In this document: positions 37,694 through 47,584 of the stretch, in pieces | How positions within the stretch are numbered: position 1 is the stretch's first letter | Layout of the letters: the number at the start of each line of letters is the position of its first letter | Source of the DNA: an uncultured bacterium | GTDB taxonomy: Bacteria > B130-G9 | DNA: 64,000 nucleotides | Direction: 5' to 3' | Assembly (NCBI GenBank): GCA_964480475.1 | Contig: CAYZPW010000001.1 | Span: forward strand, 16,262-80,261 | Program-made: the position numbers and the translations under genes | Notes under the pieces: generated by a model | What the model saw: only the letters and a program-made list of their open reading frames with translations | Database searches by the model: none | Told to the model about the DNA's origin: nothing

Positions 37694-37938
37694 CGCACCG
37701 CTTCCGGCAGCGGATACACGACATCCGCCCTTAATGCCTCCGCAGCAAACGCAAGCGCAGCTTGGATAGAGTCGCGAGTCAATCTGGGATGGGCCTCAAG
37801 AATCTGCTCAACCGTCTCACCGGCAGCCAGCTTCTCAAGAATCAGCTCGACGGTGATGCGTGTGCCCGCGATTACCGGCTTGCCCATCATAATCGAGGGA
37901 TCTGATTGAATAATGCCTCTGTCCATACCTCTCATCAC
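37690..37938 (-). CDS. DUF433 putative antitoxin
   Basis: MGKPVIAGTRITVELILEKLAAGETVEQILEAHPRLTRDSIQAALAFAAE matches DUF433 strongly. Confidence 0.7.
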   Translation of the reverse strand: MMRGMDRGIIQSDPSIMMGKPVIAGTRITVELILEKLAAGETVEQILEAHPRLTRDSIQAALAFAAEALRADVVYPLPEAVR

Positions 37939-38126
37939 CTTGGTCCCGCTAAATGTTCCCTAATGCCTATTGAAAAAGGCAAGACTACCACACCTTCCTC
38001 ATAAATGTCGCCAAGCCTCGTCCTCCTCGGGCATTAGCCAATCCTTCGCAAGAGAGCTTTGGGTCACCACTGCGGTTCCTGTTGCTTCTCCTACTGCTTA
38101 GCAACCGAGGCATTGCGACCCGAGTT

Positions 38127-38312
38127 CTACATGCAGAGACTGTGCTGGCCTTTGTCGAGCTCCTCAATAGTCCCCAAATGCGCTTCTATTGCGTCCTTGA
38201 TGTTCTCCAAGGCCTCGTCTTGGGTTCGTCCCTGCGACCAGCAGCCCGGCAGGCCAGGGACCCAAACAGCATAGCCTTCTTCCGTCTTCTTGAGACTTAC
38301 TCTGTATTTCAT
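38127..38312 (-). CDS. hicB: HicB-family antitoxin (short form), copy 1
   Basis: YRVSLKKTEEGYAVWVPGLPGCWSQGRTQDEALENIKDAIEAHL. Confidence 0.6.
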   Translation of the reverse strand: MKYRVSLKKTEEGYAVWVPGLPGCWSQGRTQDEALENIKDAIEAHLGTIEELDKGQHSLCM

Positions 38313-38398
38313 AACGCCTCCACACTTCTCTCAAGCATCTCGCTCACTCTGTCCCCTCGCAAGCCAGAAGTTGACCGATACGAGAGCTCGCTGTCGTC

Positions 38399-38620
38399 TC
38401 ACAGCAACTCAAGGAATTCCTCAATGGTGAGGCCAGAATTGCGGATTAGGACCCGAAGCGTTCCAACAGACAGTTCTCTGTGTTGGGGAATCGAGAGGTT
38501 GGCCCTCACACCGGGTTTGACCATCACCACGTGACTACCAACTTGGCCAAGCCGCTCCCAGCCGGCCTTTTGAAAGGCCTTGGCAGCATCCTTGCCTGAG
38601 ATGTTCGCCAATCGGGCCAC
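38399..38620 (-). CDS. hicA: HicA-family mRNA interferase toxin; non-ATG start, N-terminus uncertain
   Basis: C-terminus ...GSHVVMVKPGVRANLSIPQHRELSVGTLRVLIRNSGLTIEEF. The longer ORF 38399..38815 extends over hicB2 in another frame. Confidence 0.55.
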   Translation of the reverse strand: MARLANISGKDAAKAFQKAGWERLGQVGSHVVMVKPGVRANLSIPQHRELSVGTLRVLIRNSGLTIEEFLELL

Positions 38621-38624
38621 AGGG

Positions 38625-38840
38625 CTACACTGACACGACGATGGCTTTCTGGCCGGGCCCTTGCGCCAACGTAGCGGTTGCCTTCTGGTCCTCGGCCCAC
38701 AACCAAGCAATGATTGCTTCTTTGATGTTCTCCAGGGCTTCCTTTTCGTCCTTACCCTGAGAGACGCACCCGGGAAGCGCTGGACACTCCGCAACAAGCC
38801 AGCCATCTTCGGCACGCTCGACTGTAACGTGAAACATCAT
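38625..38840 (-). CDS. hicB: HicB-family antitoxin (short form), copy 2
   Basis: MMFHVTVERAEDGWLVAECPALPGCVSQGKDEKEALENIKEAIIAWL. Paralogous to copy 1. Confidence 0.55.
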   Translation of the reverse strand: MMFHVTVERAEDGWLVAECPALPGCVSQGKDEKEALENIKEAIIAWLWAEDQKATATLAQGPGQKAIVVSV

Positions 38841-38853
38841 GGCTCTGACCCTC

Positions 38854-39060
38854 CTATTGCATGGCAGGCAAAGTCCGGTTGTCATTCGCCTGCTTTCCCA
38901 ATGACGTGACGTATTCGAGAAAACTCAATCCTTCGAGCTCCGCCTCTCTGGCAATGATCTTCCTCCCGATATGGACCTGTTGCAGGGGCCGATCCTCAGG
39001 GAACTCCGCCTCAACCGTCCTTCTTATTGCTTTTGTTTCTTCTTCTGCGATTGCGCTCAT
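38854..39060 (-). CDS. small hypothetical protein (68 aa), possible antitoxin-like or regulatory protein
   Basis: Compact ORF with coding-like composition, packed between hicB2 and the methyltransferase gene. No family recognised. Confidence 0.3.
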   Translation of the reverse strand: MSAIAEEETKAIRRTVEAEFPEDRPLQQVHIGRKIIAREAELEGLSFLEYVTSLGKQANDNRTLPAMQ

Positions 39061-39293
39061 ATCGTACTTTCTATCTACCGGTGACAGTGTCGTTCAACTC
39101 ACTTCCGTGACTGGTGCTGAGCGATTAGGCTACGAACCTTAGGAACCAATGCATAGGGGATCTTCATAATGCTCTGGCCCTGTTGTTCGCATACTGCTTC
39201 ATCTTCAGCCACGGCCTGCTCTTCAGTCTGATGCTCATAATGAGCTAACACCCGACGGACTCGCTCTTCATCCGGGTGGAAACCTGCTCTCCT

Positions 39294-39809
39294 TCACTTG
39301 TCTTCCTCTCTCTTGCCGCCCGCCGCACAATCCGCAGATTCTCTGTATCCATCTTTCGAGAAACTATACGTCTTCTTGCCCTCTCGCAAGAGCCTGAACA
39401 GTCTTTTCTTCGTCACTTCGGACAGGACCTCATCCTCTTTCATATGATGATCGCTGAAGGATAGAATCCCATCTTGTTTCATCACTCGATGCAGCTCCTC
39501 TAATACTCCGTCTGGGTCAGTTAGTGTGTGAAAGGTGTCGTATAGGATAACTACGTCAATGCTACTGTCTGGCAATTGAGTCCTGCAATCGGAGCAAATG
39601 GTTGTCACATTCGTCAATTGCCTTTTAGAAGCCATTTTCTGAACGCTCCGAATCGCGAGCGGGTGGATATCCAAGGCGTAGATTCTTCCCGATTTCCCCG
39701 CCAATTCCGCCACCCCGGTTACGTAACCTCCAGGACCACACCCATAATCGAGCACGTGAGACCCCGGCCTTTCGGTCATGTTCCTCACTCGGTAAGCCTT
39801 GTCAGACAT
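39294..39809 (-). CDS. class I SAM-dependent methyltransferase
   Basis: Motif I VLDYGCGPGGY; post-I acidic residue (ALDI); motif IV-like ILYDTFH. Confidence 0.65.
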   Translation of the reverse strand: MSDKAYRVRNMTERPGSHVLDYGCGPGGYVTGVAELAGKSGRIYALDIHPLAIRSVQKMASKRQLTNVTTICSDCRTQLPDSSIDVVILYDTFHTLTDPDGVLEELHRVMKQDGILSFSDHHMKEDEVLSEVTKKRLFRLLREGKKTYSFSKDGYRESADCAAGGKREEDK

Positions 39810-39818
39810 TAGGGCGTT

Positions 39819-40076
39819 TCACGCATATTCGTAGAGAGGCGCTGTCCCAGCAGGTTCAGAAGCTGTTTGCAGCAATGCCTCAATCCGACGCACTGTGTCC
39901 GGCTTCAGGAGGACGTCCCCGCATACCGAGCAAACCTCTGCCGGCACGTGATCAATGACAACCACTTGCCCGTTGCGGCGCACGGTGTGTGCAATCTGTC
40001 TCTCCTCATATTGACCGGGACAGCCTTCAATTGTACAATTCATCGACATCACCTCCTTTGGGTAGGTGTTCGCCAT
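39819..40076 (-). CDS. YgiT-type (MqsA-like) zinc-finger putative antitoxin
   Basis: CTIEGCPGQYEER...VVVIDHVPAEVCSVCGDVLL matches the TIGR03831-type CxxC...CxxC pattern. Confidence 0.55.
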   Translation of the reverse strand: MANTYPKEVMSMNCTIEGCPGQYEERQIAHTVRRNGQVVVIDHVPAEVCSVCGDVLLKPDTVRRIEALLQTASEPAGTAPLYEYA

Positions 40077-40354
40077 TTCGGTTCTTCAGGCTCATACACG
40101 GTAATCACGATTAGCGCTGGCTGTGATGTTGTGCATACGATGTGCAAAGGACGACCAGCACGTGTGAGGCCGTTGAGCAGACAACACGCTCCTCGCCGGT
40201 GTTCCGGATAATTCTCCAGGATCTTTCCTGAGGTTATAGCATCCAAGACTTCGTCGAGGGTGATGTCTTCCTCAACCATCTCTTGGTACCCATGTTGCGT
40301 AATGTGGAGGTTCTCCGCCGAGGCCTGAGCGCGTATCCGGTGCAACACAGTCTT
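40049..40354 (-). CDS. DUF4258 putative toxin
   Basis: ITQHGYQEMVEEDITLDEVLDAITSGKILENYPEHRRGACCLLNGLTRAGRPLHIVC...LIVITVYEP. Overlaps the zinc-finger gene by 28 bp. Confidence 0.55.
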   Translation of the reverse strand, partial: KTVLHRIRAQASAENLHITQHGYQEMVEEDITLDEVLDAITSGKILENYPEHRRGACCLLNGLTRAGRPLHIVCTTSQPALIVITVYEPEEPKWRTPTQRR

Positions 40355-40427
40355 AAGATCCATGCTACGAGTATCATCCATTAAAGCTAACCCATACAGG
40401 GGTAATGAAGCGCCGGCACAGTTCGCC

Positions 40428-40643
40428 TCAATAGTTCCTGTTGTGACATTTCTCCAGCCGCTCAAAGTATATCTTCTTTATCTCCTCATCCGATTTGTCG
40501 GGGAATCTCTTTCTGAGCCCGTGTAAGAATAGCCCTCGAACGAACTCAGACAGCTCGAAGCACTTGAGCAGCCTCGCCTCGGGTGTCATGGAGCGAAGTA
40601 TCTGAATATGCAGCTTGTGATTCGCACGCTCTTTGATATTCAT
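40428..40643 (-). CDS. small hypothetical protein (~71 aa) in a lower-GC segment
   Basis: MNIKERANHKLHIQILRSMTPEARLLKCFELSEF... Local GC is about 48%, against ~60% elsewhere. Confidence 0.3.
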   Translation of the reverse strand: MNIKERANHKLHIQILRSMTPEARLLKCFELSEFVRGLFLHGLRKRFPDKSDEEIKKIYFERLEKCHNRNY

Positions 40644-40718
40644 CCCTCGCAGTACAACTCCTTGAGATCGGCCCAAATGGGGCTCAGCAGCGCCAAGAAA
40701 CGCAACCTAGACTCGTTT

Positions 40719-41123
40719 CTATCTCAGTATCTCCAGCCTGACCTCGACCAGGCCCGCCTCGAGCATGTCGAGCTCTTTTGCCGCGCCCAGCGACAAGTCG
40801 ATTATCCTCTTCTTCTTGTCCTTGAACGGGCCCCGGTCGTTTATGCGTACGACGACGCTCCTGCCATTCTCCAGGTTGGTGACCCTGACCCACGTGTCAA
40901 ATGGCAGCGTTCTGTGCGCCGCTGTCATGGCGAACATGTTATAGGTCTCGCCGTTTGCCGTCTTGCGACCGTGGAACTTGCCGCCATACCAGGACGCGTA
41001 GCCGTATTGAACGCCTTTCCTGATCTTGTGCGATCTGTGGGCGCAGCATCCGAGTGCGATGGATAACGTGAGTATGACGGCTAGTGTGCGGCAGAGCTTT
41101 GCGCCTCGCTTGGGCATGATCAC
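40719..41123 (-). CDS. rlpA: septal-ring lytic transglycosylase RlpA-family lipoprotein (DPBB domain)
   Basis: Lipobox [27 protein letters not shown]...[22 protein letters not shown]. Confidence 0.7.
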   Translation of the reverse strand: MIMPKRGAKLCRTLAVILTLSIALGCCAHRSHKIRKGVQYGYASWYGGKFHGRKTANGETYNMFAMTAAHRTLPFDTWVRVTNLENGRSVVVRINDRGPFKDKKKRIIDLSLGAAKELDMLEAGLVEVRLEILR

Positions 41124-41225
41124 CCTCTCAAGAGCCTTTCGTAGCAGATATTGAGCAGAATACCGCCGAGCAATATGAACGATTAGGCTTGGTTCTGCAA
41201 CCTACGCGCCCGCGTGCCCGTATCG

Positions 41226-42722
41226 TCAGGTCGTGTCCCCTCTTTGCCCGAATGAACCCCTGAAGAGGTATTTGAAGAAGGTCTTGGCGGCCTTCTTGGT
41301 CCGACTTATCTCGCTTGGATGTCGAATCATCTGAAGGGCCTTCCGAGCGATATAGCTCGGCCTCAGGTAGAACTTCTGACGCGCCTCGTCACACCACTTG
41401 ACCAGCTCCTTGCCCGAGAAGTCGCCCGTCCTGACAACGCAGTTGTGCAAACCCTCCTCCGTCAGCCAGTCGGAGTATCTATCGACGGTCAGAAAGCCAC
41501 CTGCCTGATACTCGTCGTAGAGCTCTGTCCCAGGATACGCCATTATCGGATAGAACTGCGCGGTGTCAGGCGACAGTTCAAGGGCCAGATCAAGCGTTTT
41601 TTGCATCGTCTCGCGCGTTTCTCCTGGCAGGCCAACCATAAAGCATCCGTGCACCAGAATCCCCGCGCGCCTCGCGTCATCGGCGAAGGTGTGCATCATC
41701 TGAACCGTCGTCCCCTTGTGAATAGCATCCAGAAGCGCCTGAGAGCCGCTCTCGAAGCCGACGCAAACCATCCGGCACCCCGCCATCCTCATGGCCCTCA
41801 GTGACTCGTAATCAACGTCGGCCCGGCAGTTTGCTGTCCACGGAAACCTAATGCCGCGCCTCTTCACAAGTTCACAGAACTCGATGCAACGTGTCTTGTC
41901 CGCCGGAAGCGTGTCGTCCTCAAAGAAGATCGACCTCGCGTTCGGGAAGTGCTGGATCACGTATTGCATCTCCTCGACAACGTTCTCCGGCGAACGAAAT
42001 CGATAGCGCCGCCCGTGCATCGTCTGCGGATAAACGCAGAACGTGCAGCCGTTGGGACAGCCCCGGCCAGCGTTGACCGTTACCATAGGATACAGGGCGT
42101 TGGGGTTGAAATAGTCCTCTATCCGCAGGAATCTGTTATAAATTGGCGCCACGAAAGGCAGAGCGTCCAGGTCCTCGATTGGCTCTCTGCTTGCCGTTCT
42201 CACAAACTCGCCATCGTTGAGATATGCAACGCCCGGTATCGCCTCGAGCTCCATCTCGCCCGCGACCCATCTCGCCAGGTCCAAAACGGTATAGTCGTAC
42301 TCGCCGATGCAAATGCCATCCAGCGCGTCCGTGCTTCGCAGAGTCTCCTCAGGCAGCGCGGAGGGATGCGTCCCGACCGCAAAGACCTTGGTCTTGATCC
42401 GCGACTTGATCGCCTCGGCCACCTTGAGGTCGTTTTCGAGGCTCGGCGTCACTACATCCATTATCACCAGGTGAGGCGCAAAACCGGAGACCTTGCTGAG
42501 AACCTCTTCGAGCGCAATTCCCGCTGCGGGCGCGTCCCAGAGCTCCGCCTGAACGCCTGCTTCCAGAAGAACGCCAGTCGCGTGAGCCAGCCAAATCGGG
42601 AAGTAGATCGTCCCGCTCTTGGTTACAGCTGGGCTGCGCTGCGGCCGCGAGAACTTCTTGAAATACGGCGCATTCAGCACCAGGACCCGAAGGTCATTAA
42701 GGTTCTTCACATTCCTCTTCAT
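41226..42722 (-). CDS. B12-binding-domain radical SAM protein
   Basis: N-terminal cobalamin-binding-like domain. CPNGCTFC (CxxxCxxC). Confidence 0.75.
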   Translation of the reverse strand: MKRNVKNLNDLRVLVLNAPYFKKFSRPQRSPAVTKSGTIYFPIWLAHATGVLLEAGVQAELWDAPAAGIALEEVLSKVSGFAPHLVIMDVVTPSLENDLKVAEAIKSRIKTKVFAVGTHPSALPEETLRSTDALDGICIGEYDYTVLDLARWVAGEMELEAIPGVAYLNDGEFVRTASREPIEDLDALPFVAPIYNRFLRIEDYFNPNALYPMVTVNAGRGCPNGCTFCVYPQTMHGRRYRFRSPENVVEEMQYVIQHFPNARSIFFEDDTLPADKTRCIEFCELVKRRGIRFPWTANCRADVDYESLRAMRMAGCRMVCVGFESGSQALLDAIHKGTTVQMMHTFADDARRAGILVHGCFMVGLPGETRETMQKTLDLALELSPDTAQFYPIMAYPGTELYDEYQAGGFLTVDRYSDWLTEEGLHNCVVRTGDFSGKELVKWCDEARQKFYLRPSYIARKALQMIRHPSEISRTKKAAKTFFKYLFRGSFGQRGDTT

Positions 42723-42756
42723 TCAACGTCACCAACCCGTGTGGGGTAAGCTTTCC

Positions 42757-43022
42757 GAGGCTGTGTCATAAGTTGTTGCCGTTGTGTAGGGGCGTGGTCT
42801 GAAGACCCGCCCTTTCGAATTGATGCTCGCATAAGATGCCTCGTATCCGCAGGGATTCACGTAGGCGGGCGGGTCTGAGACCACGCCCCTACAGGCCGAT
42901 TCCGACAATCGCGTCGCATAAGAAAACCGCCGCGTTGATCTTGACAATCGGCCGTATTTCCTGTATCGTTATTGTCTGAATGCACGACGAAATCCTTGCC
43001 AATTGACTTATGACACAGCCTC
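42757..43022. mobile_element. MITE-like unit bounded by 16-bp perfect terminal inverted repeats, enclosing a REP-like element
   Basis: gaggctgtgtcataag (42757-42772) and cttatgacacagcctc (43007-43022) are exact reverse complements, 234 bp apart. Confidence 0.4.
42785..42903. repeat. REP-like double-hairpin element (reverse orientation relative to 30956-31073)
   Basis: Reverse complement matches 30956-31073 with only a few substitutions. Confidence 0.6.
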
Positions 43023-43264
43023 TTCCAGCCTACCAAGATTCTCACCATAGACACTGATTCGCGAGAAGCAACGTATAGCTAGGGAAGTGTTTGGTCAAGC
43101 ACGGTATGGGAGGAGTTCCCGATAGAACGGAGACTCATCCTTCAAGAATTGTCGCTTGACCGTTTGAACTCGAACGTTGAACCTTTGGGTTTGAGGGCCT
43201 AACTGGTCGGAGGCATTTGCGAGTATTCAACCTGAGACTTAGAACGCGAGACCGGAAGCTACGA

Positions 43265-44641
43265 ATGAGATCAGTGGCATTTTTGACGCTAGGCTGCAAG
43301 CTGAACCAATTCGAGAGCGCGGCTATGGCGGGCCAGCTGGAGGAGGCGGGATTTGAGATAATCGATCCTAAGCGGCCGGCGGACGTTTATATCATCAACA
43401 CGTGCACGGTTACGGGCAAGACGGATCACAGGAGCCGGGCCGCCGTCCGTCGTGCTCAGCGGCTCAATCTTGACGCGGTAATCGTCGTTGCGGGGTGCTA
43501 CTGCAAGGTCGCGCCGGACGAGGTCGAGGCGCTGCCCGGGGTTGACCTCATAATCGGGAATGCCGAGAAGCCGAAGATCGTCGCGCTGCTCCGAGGACTG
43601 GTCAGCGGTAGTGATTCATTAGAGAACCAGCTGGGGTTCACCACAGAGACGGAGAGAAACGGAGGGGTCCCGCCCGCAGCAGTAGGGGCGCCGCTTGCCG
43701 CGCCCTTTCGATCCCCGAGCGAAGAGCCGATGATCGTGCGGTTTTTCGATTATTCGCGCGCCTTCGTGAAGGTTCAGGCGGGCTGCGACTCGCAGTGCGC
43801 CTACTGCATCATCCCGAGGGCAAGAGGCCCAAACAGCAGTTCGTCGCCCGATTGGGTCATAAAGCAGGTTCAGAAGCTGGTCGGTGCGGGATACCAGGAG
43901 GTCGTCCTCTGCGGGACGCATCTGGGGACTTATGGCCTCGACCTTGCCCAAGGGCCGACATTTACAGATATGCTGAAACACATCCTTGAAGAGACGTCCC
44001 TTAAGCGCGTCCGCCTGAGCTCGATCGAGCCGATGGAGTTCGACGCCGAGCTGAGGGAGGCAATCGTATCGTCTAACAGAATCTGCCGACATCTACACAT
44101 CCCGCTTCAGAGTGGCTGCGACGCCGTTCTGAAGGCGATGAACCGCGGCTATTCAACGGACGATTACAGAGAACTGATTGAGTGGTTCAAGGCAAAATGC
44201 CCTGGGATGTGCATCGGTGCGGATGTGATCGTTGGCTTCCCAGCTGAGACTGAGGCGCAGTTTGAGGCGACGCTCGCGTTCATTCGGAGCATCGATCTTT
44301 CCTACCTGCACGTCTTCTCGTATTCTGTTCGGCCGGGGACGCCCGCAGCAAGGGACTATACGAGCCGCCAGCAAGTGCCGCCGGAGGAGATCAAGCGGCG
44401 AAGCAGAGCGCTTCGCGCCGAGAGCCGGGCAAAACGGCTCAGGTTCAGCCAGGCGCTTTTGGGAAGCACACTGGACGTGCTGGTGCTCAAGAGAACCGAC
44501 GGTCAGACGGGGAGGCGCCTTGCTCTTTCCGACAACTACGTCAACGTCCTTGTCGATGCGGACGAGTCCCTTGCAGGGCAGATTCTCCCCGCTCGCATCA
44601 CCTCTGTAACTGAAGACGCGGTGATGGGACAGCCCCAGTGA
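43265..44641 (+). CDS. MiaB/RimO-family tRNA methylthiotransferase (MtaB-like)
   Basis: MTTase N-terminal domain (FLTLGCKLNQFES...INTCTV). Radical SAM CDSQCAYC. TRAM-like C-terminus. Roughly 55-aa low-complexity insertion. Confidence 0.75.
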   Translation: MRSVAFLTLGCKLNQFESAAMAGQLEEAGFEIIDPKRPADVYIINTCTVTGKTDHRSRAAVRRAQRLNLDAVIVVAGCYCKVAPDEVEALPGVDLIIGNAEKPKIVALLRGLVSGSDSLENQLGFTTETERNGGVPPAAVGAPLAAPFRSPSEEPMIVRFFDYSRAFVKVQAGCDSQCAYCIIPRARGPNSSSSPDWVIKQVQKLVGAGYQEVVLCGTHLGTYGLDLAQGPTFTDMLKHILEETSLKRVRLSSIEPMEFDAELREAIVSSNRICRHLHIPLQSGCDAVLKAMNRGYSTDDYRELIEWFKAKCPGMCIGADVIVGFPAETEAQFEATLAFIRSIDLSYLHVFSYSVRPGTPAARDYTSRQQVPPEEIKRRSRALRAESRAKRLRFSQALLGSTLDVLVLKRTDGQTGRRLALSDNYVNVLVDADESLAGQILPARITSVTEDAVMGQPQ

Positions 44642-44845
44642 CACTTGGAGCAATTGAGGACATGAAGCCGGTGCAACGAGGGTTTCCGCTCGCACTTGGA
44701 GGCGGCGGCTCCTAGCCGCCATGTTTCGTCGCCGCGCTCTTCTTGTTCATGTGGTAGGCTTCTTACCATGGACTGACGCGCGATGCGAAGCCAGAATCGG
44801 AAGCCGGCCTCAGGCTGGCAATTCGCCGTGTTGGTTCGATGTCTC

Positions 44846-47053
44846 TCAAAAGGTCTGCGACGCTGTCCTGACAACCTCCGTGCATCTGGGCCGGTGTGGC
44901 TTCATGAAAAACCATTGCGAGTGTATCCGATCATGGAACTCGAGACTCCCCGGCTCGGCCAGCCCAGCAATGAACTCAAATTCTGTATCTCGTGTTACGT
45001 TGGCCAAAGCTGGAACTTCCCGGACCTTCAGCTCAATCAGGGAGATATGTACCCGGCCCCTGTCGAGCTCAAGACGTGTTGGGTTGTAGGGGCTGAGCTC
45101 GCCTTCAGGCAACCAGGACACTCGTCCTGTGTCGTCTCTAAGCGCCGCAATGAGGTCACACTGGGTATCGTCTTTGTCTGCGATCACCAGCACCTTGCAG
45201 ATAATATCGTCGTCCCGTGTATAGGTTCTTTTGCACATGGCATTGTTGTGCGGTGAGGGCAGGTTCACTGCGACCATGGGGAAGAGTCCTACCTCCTCAG
45301 GTCTAACCTTCCGGCCAAGATTGAACCAGATGGGGAAGAGCGTCTCTCTGAAGTCATACGATATCCCTCTACTCTCAAGATACCGCGTAAGCACTTGCCT
45401 CATGCTGCACCGCATGAAGGCGAATGCAGGCGCCTTGGCCCGTCCTACTTCTTCCGTCAGCTCTCGGATGCGATCACCCTTAGAAGGGCCCACATCGGCC
45501 GCGCACACGGTCTGCCTATCAGTTACGAATGTCGTTAGCGTTGAGCACCAGTAGCTGGAGGAGACATGATGTATCCCAAACTCCTCAAGCATACTAACAA
45601 AACCCCTGTAGCGGTCGCTTATATATCTGGTCTCACACGCATACAGATGACTGGACACAACATTCACCGTTAGCACCAGGACCGCGATCGCTACAGCAAT
45701 TGGCTTTGACCGTCGGAACAGTGCGGCAATTCCAAGACCGAACAGGAATGCTATCGATATATAAGCCACGTCGATATAACGGTGAGCAAGAGCCAATCTA
45801 TCTGGTGTCATTAGCACGAGGACGAATGGAACCAGCAGGAGAAGCACAATGAAAACCAGAATGAACTTGTCTGCAATGGACGCGTCCGCTCGCCTGGCGC
45901 GTATGATGAGGTGACGGATAAGCCATGCGCATCCTACGATGAACAGCACGCCGAGCACTGCCGCCAGAAGCGGATTGAGCGGCCTTTCTGCGACGCGAAA
46001 ACGCGCGCCCAGCATTATTGGGAGAGTGAAGCGGGAGATACCAGACATTCTTGCAGTTATGCCAGCGGTGATGCCGGAATCACGAGCAAAGGTCTGGTCA
46101 ACCACTGAAGACAAGTGCCCGAATCCTGTTCCCAACTCGTAGAGAATCGCTGGGAGGTAACCCAGGGCAAAACCTCCCGCAAAGAGTCCGAGAAGACGTA
46201 ATCGAATTAGATTGCGCCGGAAAATGAGAAAGAATGCCAATATCGCAAGAATGATGAGGATGGCAAAGCTCCGGATGTAGATGGAGAAGCCTGCCACAGC
46301 TCCCAGGGCAGAGATAAGATAGGGTCGCGGTGCCGGTCTTTGAGCGATGAGAAAAGCAAGCCAAAGCATGACGACGGAGAGCAACAGGGTCTCTGAGATC
46401 GCGCAGCCGGCGGATAGGATGCTCTCTGTCAGAGCAAAAGGAGATACCGCAAGATAGAGCCCCGAGACCACCGCGACGGCCCTTCCTACAAGCCTCAGGA
46501 CTAACAGGTAGAAGATTATCTCGAATGCCGCATAAACGGACCAGTTCACGGCCATCAATGCTGTTGCGCTCATCCAGCCCACGGGCAGAAGCGCTAGGAG
46601 GTGGGGCAGAAGAGTCCCGAGGTAAGATTGACCATAGTAGAATATGGGGGCTGGTTTCCCCGCGCCGATGTCCTGTGCCATGAGACCTATCATCGCGTCA
46701 TCTGCGGTGAATATCGAATATGGACGCATCAGAAAAGAAAGACGGCAGAGGAGTGAGGCCGCCAATAGCAAAGAAATGGTTGCGAAGTCGGATTTGTTCC
46801 AGGCTTGCTGTTTTATTATATGTTTGCGCCCCGAGCCGCTCATCGAGACGGCCACTACGGCGCAGATGGCGATAATCCCAAAGAGCCACAGACGTGCCAT
46901 ACCGACCGCGCCCTTCAGCGGCTCAAGAGGCGGCAATCCGGCGGATTCGTGAAACCAATCATAGATTAGCAGGCAGTAAGCGGCAATCATGACGCCTACA
47001 GCCACTGCTACGATTCTTCTGTATGTCCCTCGACAACTTGGAGCTTCAGTCAT
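44846..47053 (-). CDS. polytopic GT-C-like (ArnT/PMT-like) membrane glycosyltransferase with a soluble C-terminal domain
   Basis: 735 aa. About 12 transmembrane segments in the first 500 aa. C-terminal ~200-aa soluble domain. Confidence 0.5.
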   Translation of the reverse strand: MTEAPSCRGTYRRIVAVAVGVMIAAYCLLIYDWFHESAGLPPLEPLKGAVGMARLWLFGIIAICAVVAVSMSGSGRKHIIKQQAWNKSDFATISLLLAASLLCRLSFLMRPYSIFTADDAMIGLMAQDIGAGKPAPIFYYGQSYLGTLLPHLLALLPVGWMSATALMAVNWSVYAAFEIIFYLLVLRLVGRAVAVVSGLYLAVSPFALTESILSAGCAISETLLLSVVMLWLAFLIAQRPAPRPYLISALGAVAGFSIYIRSFAILIILAILAFFLIFRRNLIRLRLLGLFAGGFALGYLPAILYELGTGFGHLSSVVDQTFARDSGITAGITARMSGISRFTLPIMLGARFRVAERPLNPLLAAVLGVLFIVGCAWLIRHLIIRARRADASIADKFILVFIVLLLLVPFVLVLMTPDRLALAHRYIDVAYISIAFLFGLGIAALFRRSKPIAVAIAVLVLTVNVVSSHLYACETRYISDRYRGFVSMLEEFGIHHVSSSYWCSTLTTFVTDRQTVCAADVGPSKGDRIRELTEEVGRAKAPAFAFMRCSMRQVLTRYLESRGISYDFRETLFPIWFNLGRKVRPEEVGLFPMVAVNLPSPHNNAMCKRTYTRDDDIICKVLVIADKDDTQCDLIAALRDDTGRVSWLPEGELSPYNPTRLELDRGRVHISLIELKVREVPALANVTRDTEFEFIAGLAEPGSLEFHDRIHSQWFFMKPHRPRCTEVVRTASQTF

Positions 47054-47584
47054 CTTGGAAAAGCATCAGCCCTTTCGCCCTCGGTCGCCGTGCCCTCACT
47101 CACCCTCGTATTCAGGGTATTTCCCGTGTACTGGCCGCGATTCCTTATCAGAGGACTTTGGCCCATTTCCTCTCTCGAACTGCGCTGATCTGGAGTCATA
47201 AGACTCTTTTCCTGCAAAATTATTGATATGGCTCTGAATTCACTCCATGCCCTTTGCCAAAAGACAAGAAGTGGGCGCGCAATGTCAAGTTGCTTCTTCC
47301 GACCGACCGCAATATCATGCAAAATGAACGTGGGACCTTGCTCCGTCCTCGCTGCCGAATCTCAAGCGGGGTGTTGCGGCATTGTGCAATGGCGACTTCC
47401 TCGAGCGCAGCCATCAGGAGACCTGCTCTACATAACGAGATACACTTCATGGTGTCTCACCACACCAAGGCGTCGGTTCTCCCATGAAACTATTGACGCA
47501 ACTGGTGTGTTTGCACTACAGGGCTATGTAAGTAGCTACGGCTGCGAGCAGTGATTGCGGGCGGAATGCTATTGAGGTGATCTG

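Noticed and set aside
40608-41066. 152-aa plus-strand ORF opposite the rlpA and small-ORF region
   Set aside because: It is antisense to a well-supported RlpA lipoprotein gene with a DPBB signature and has no RBS. Its composition is typical of an alternate frame.
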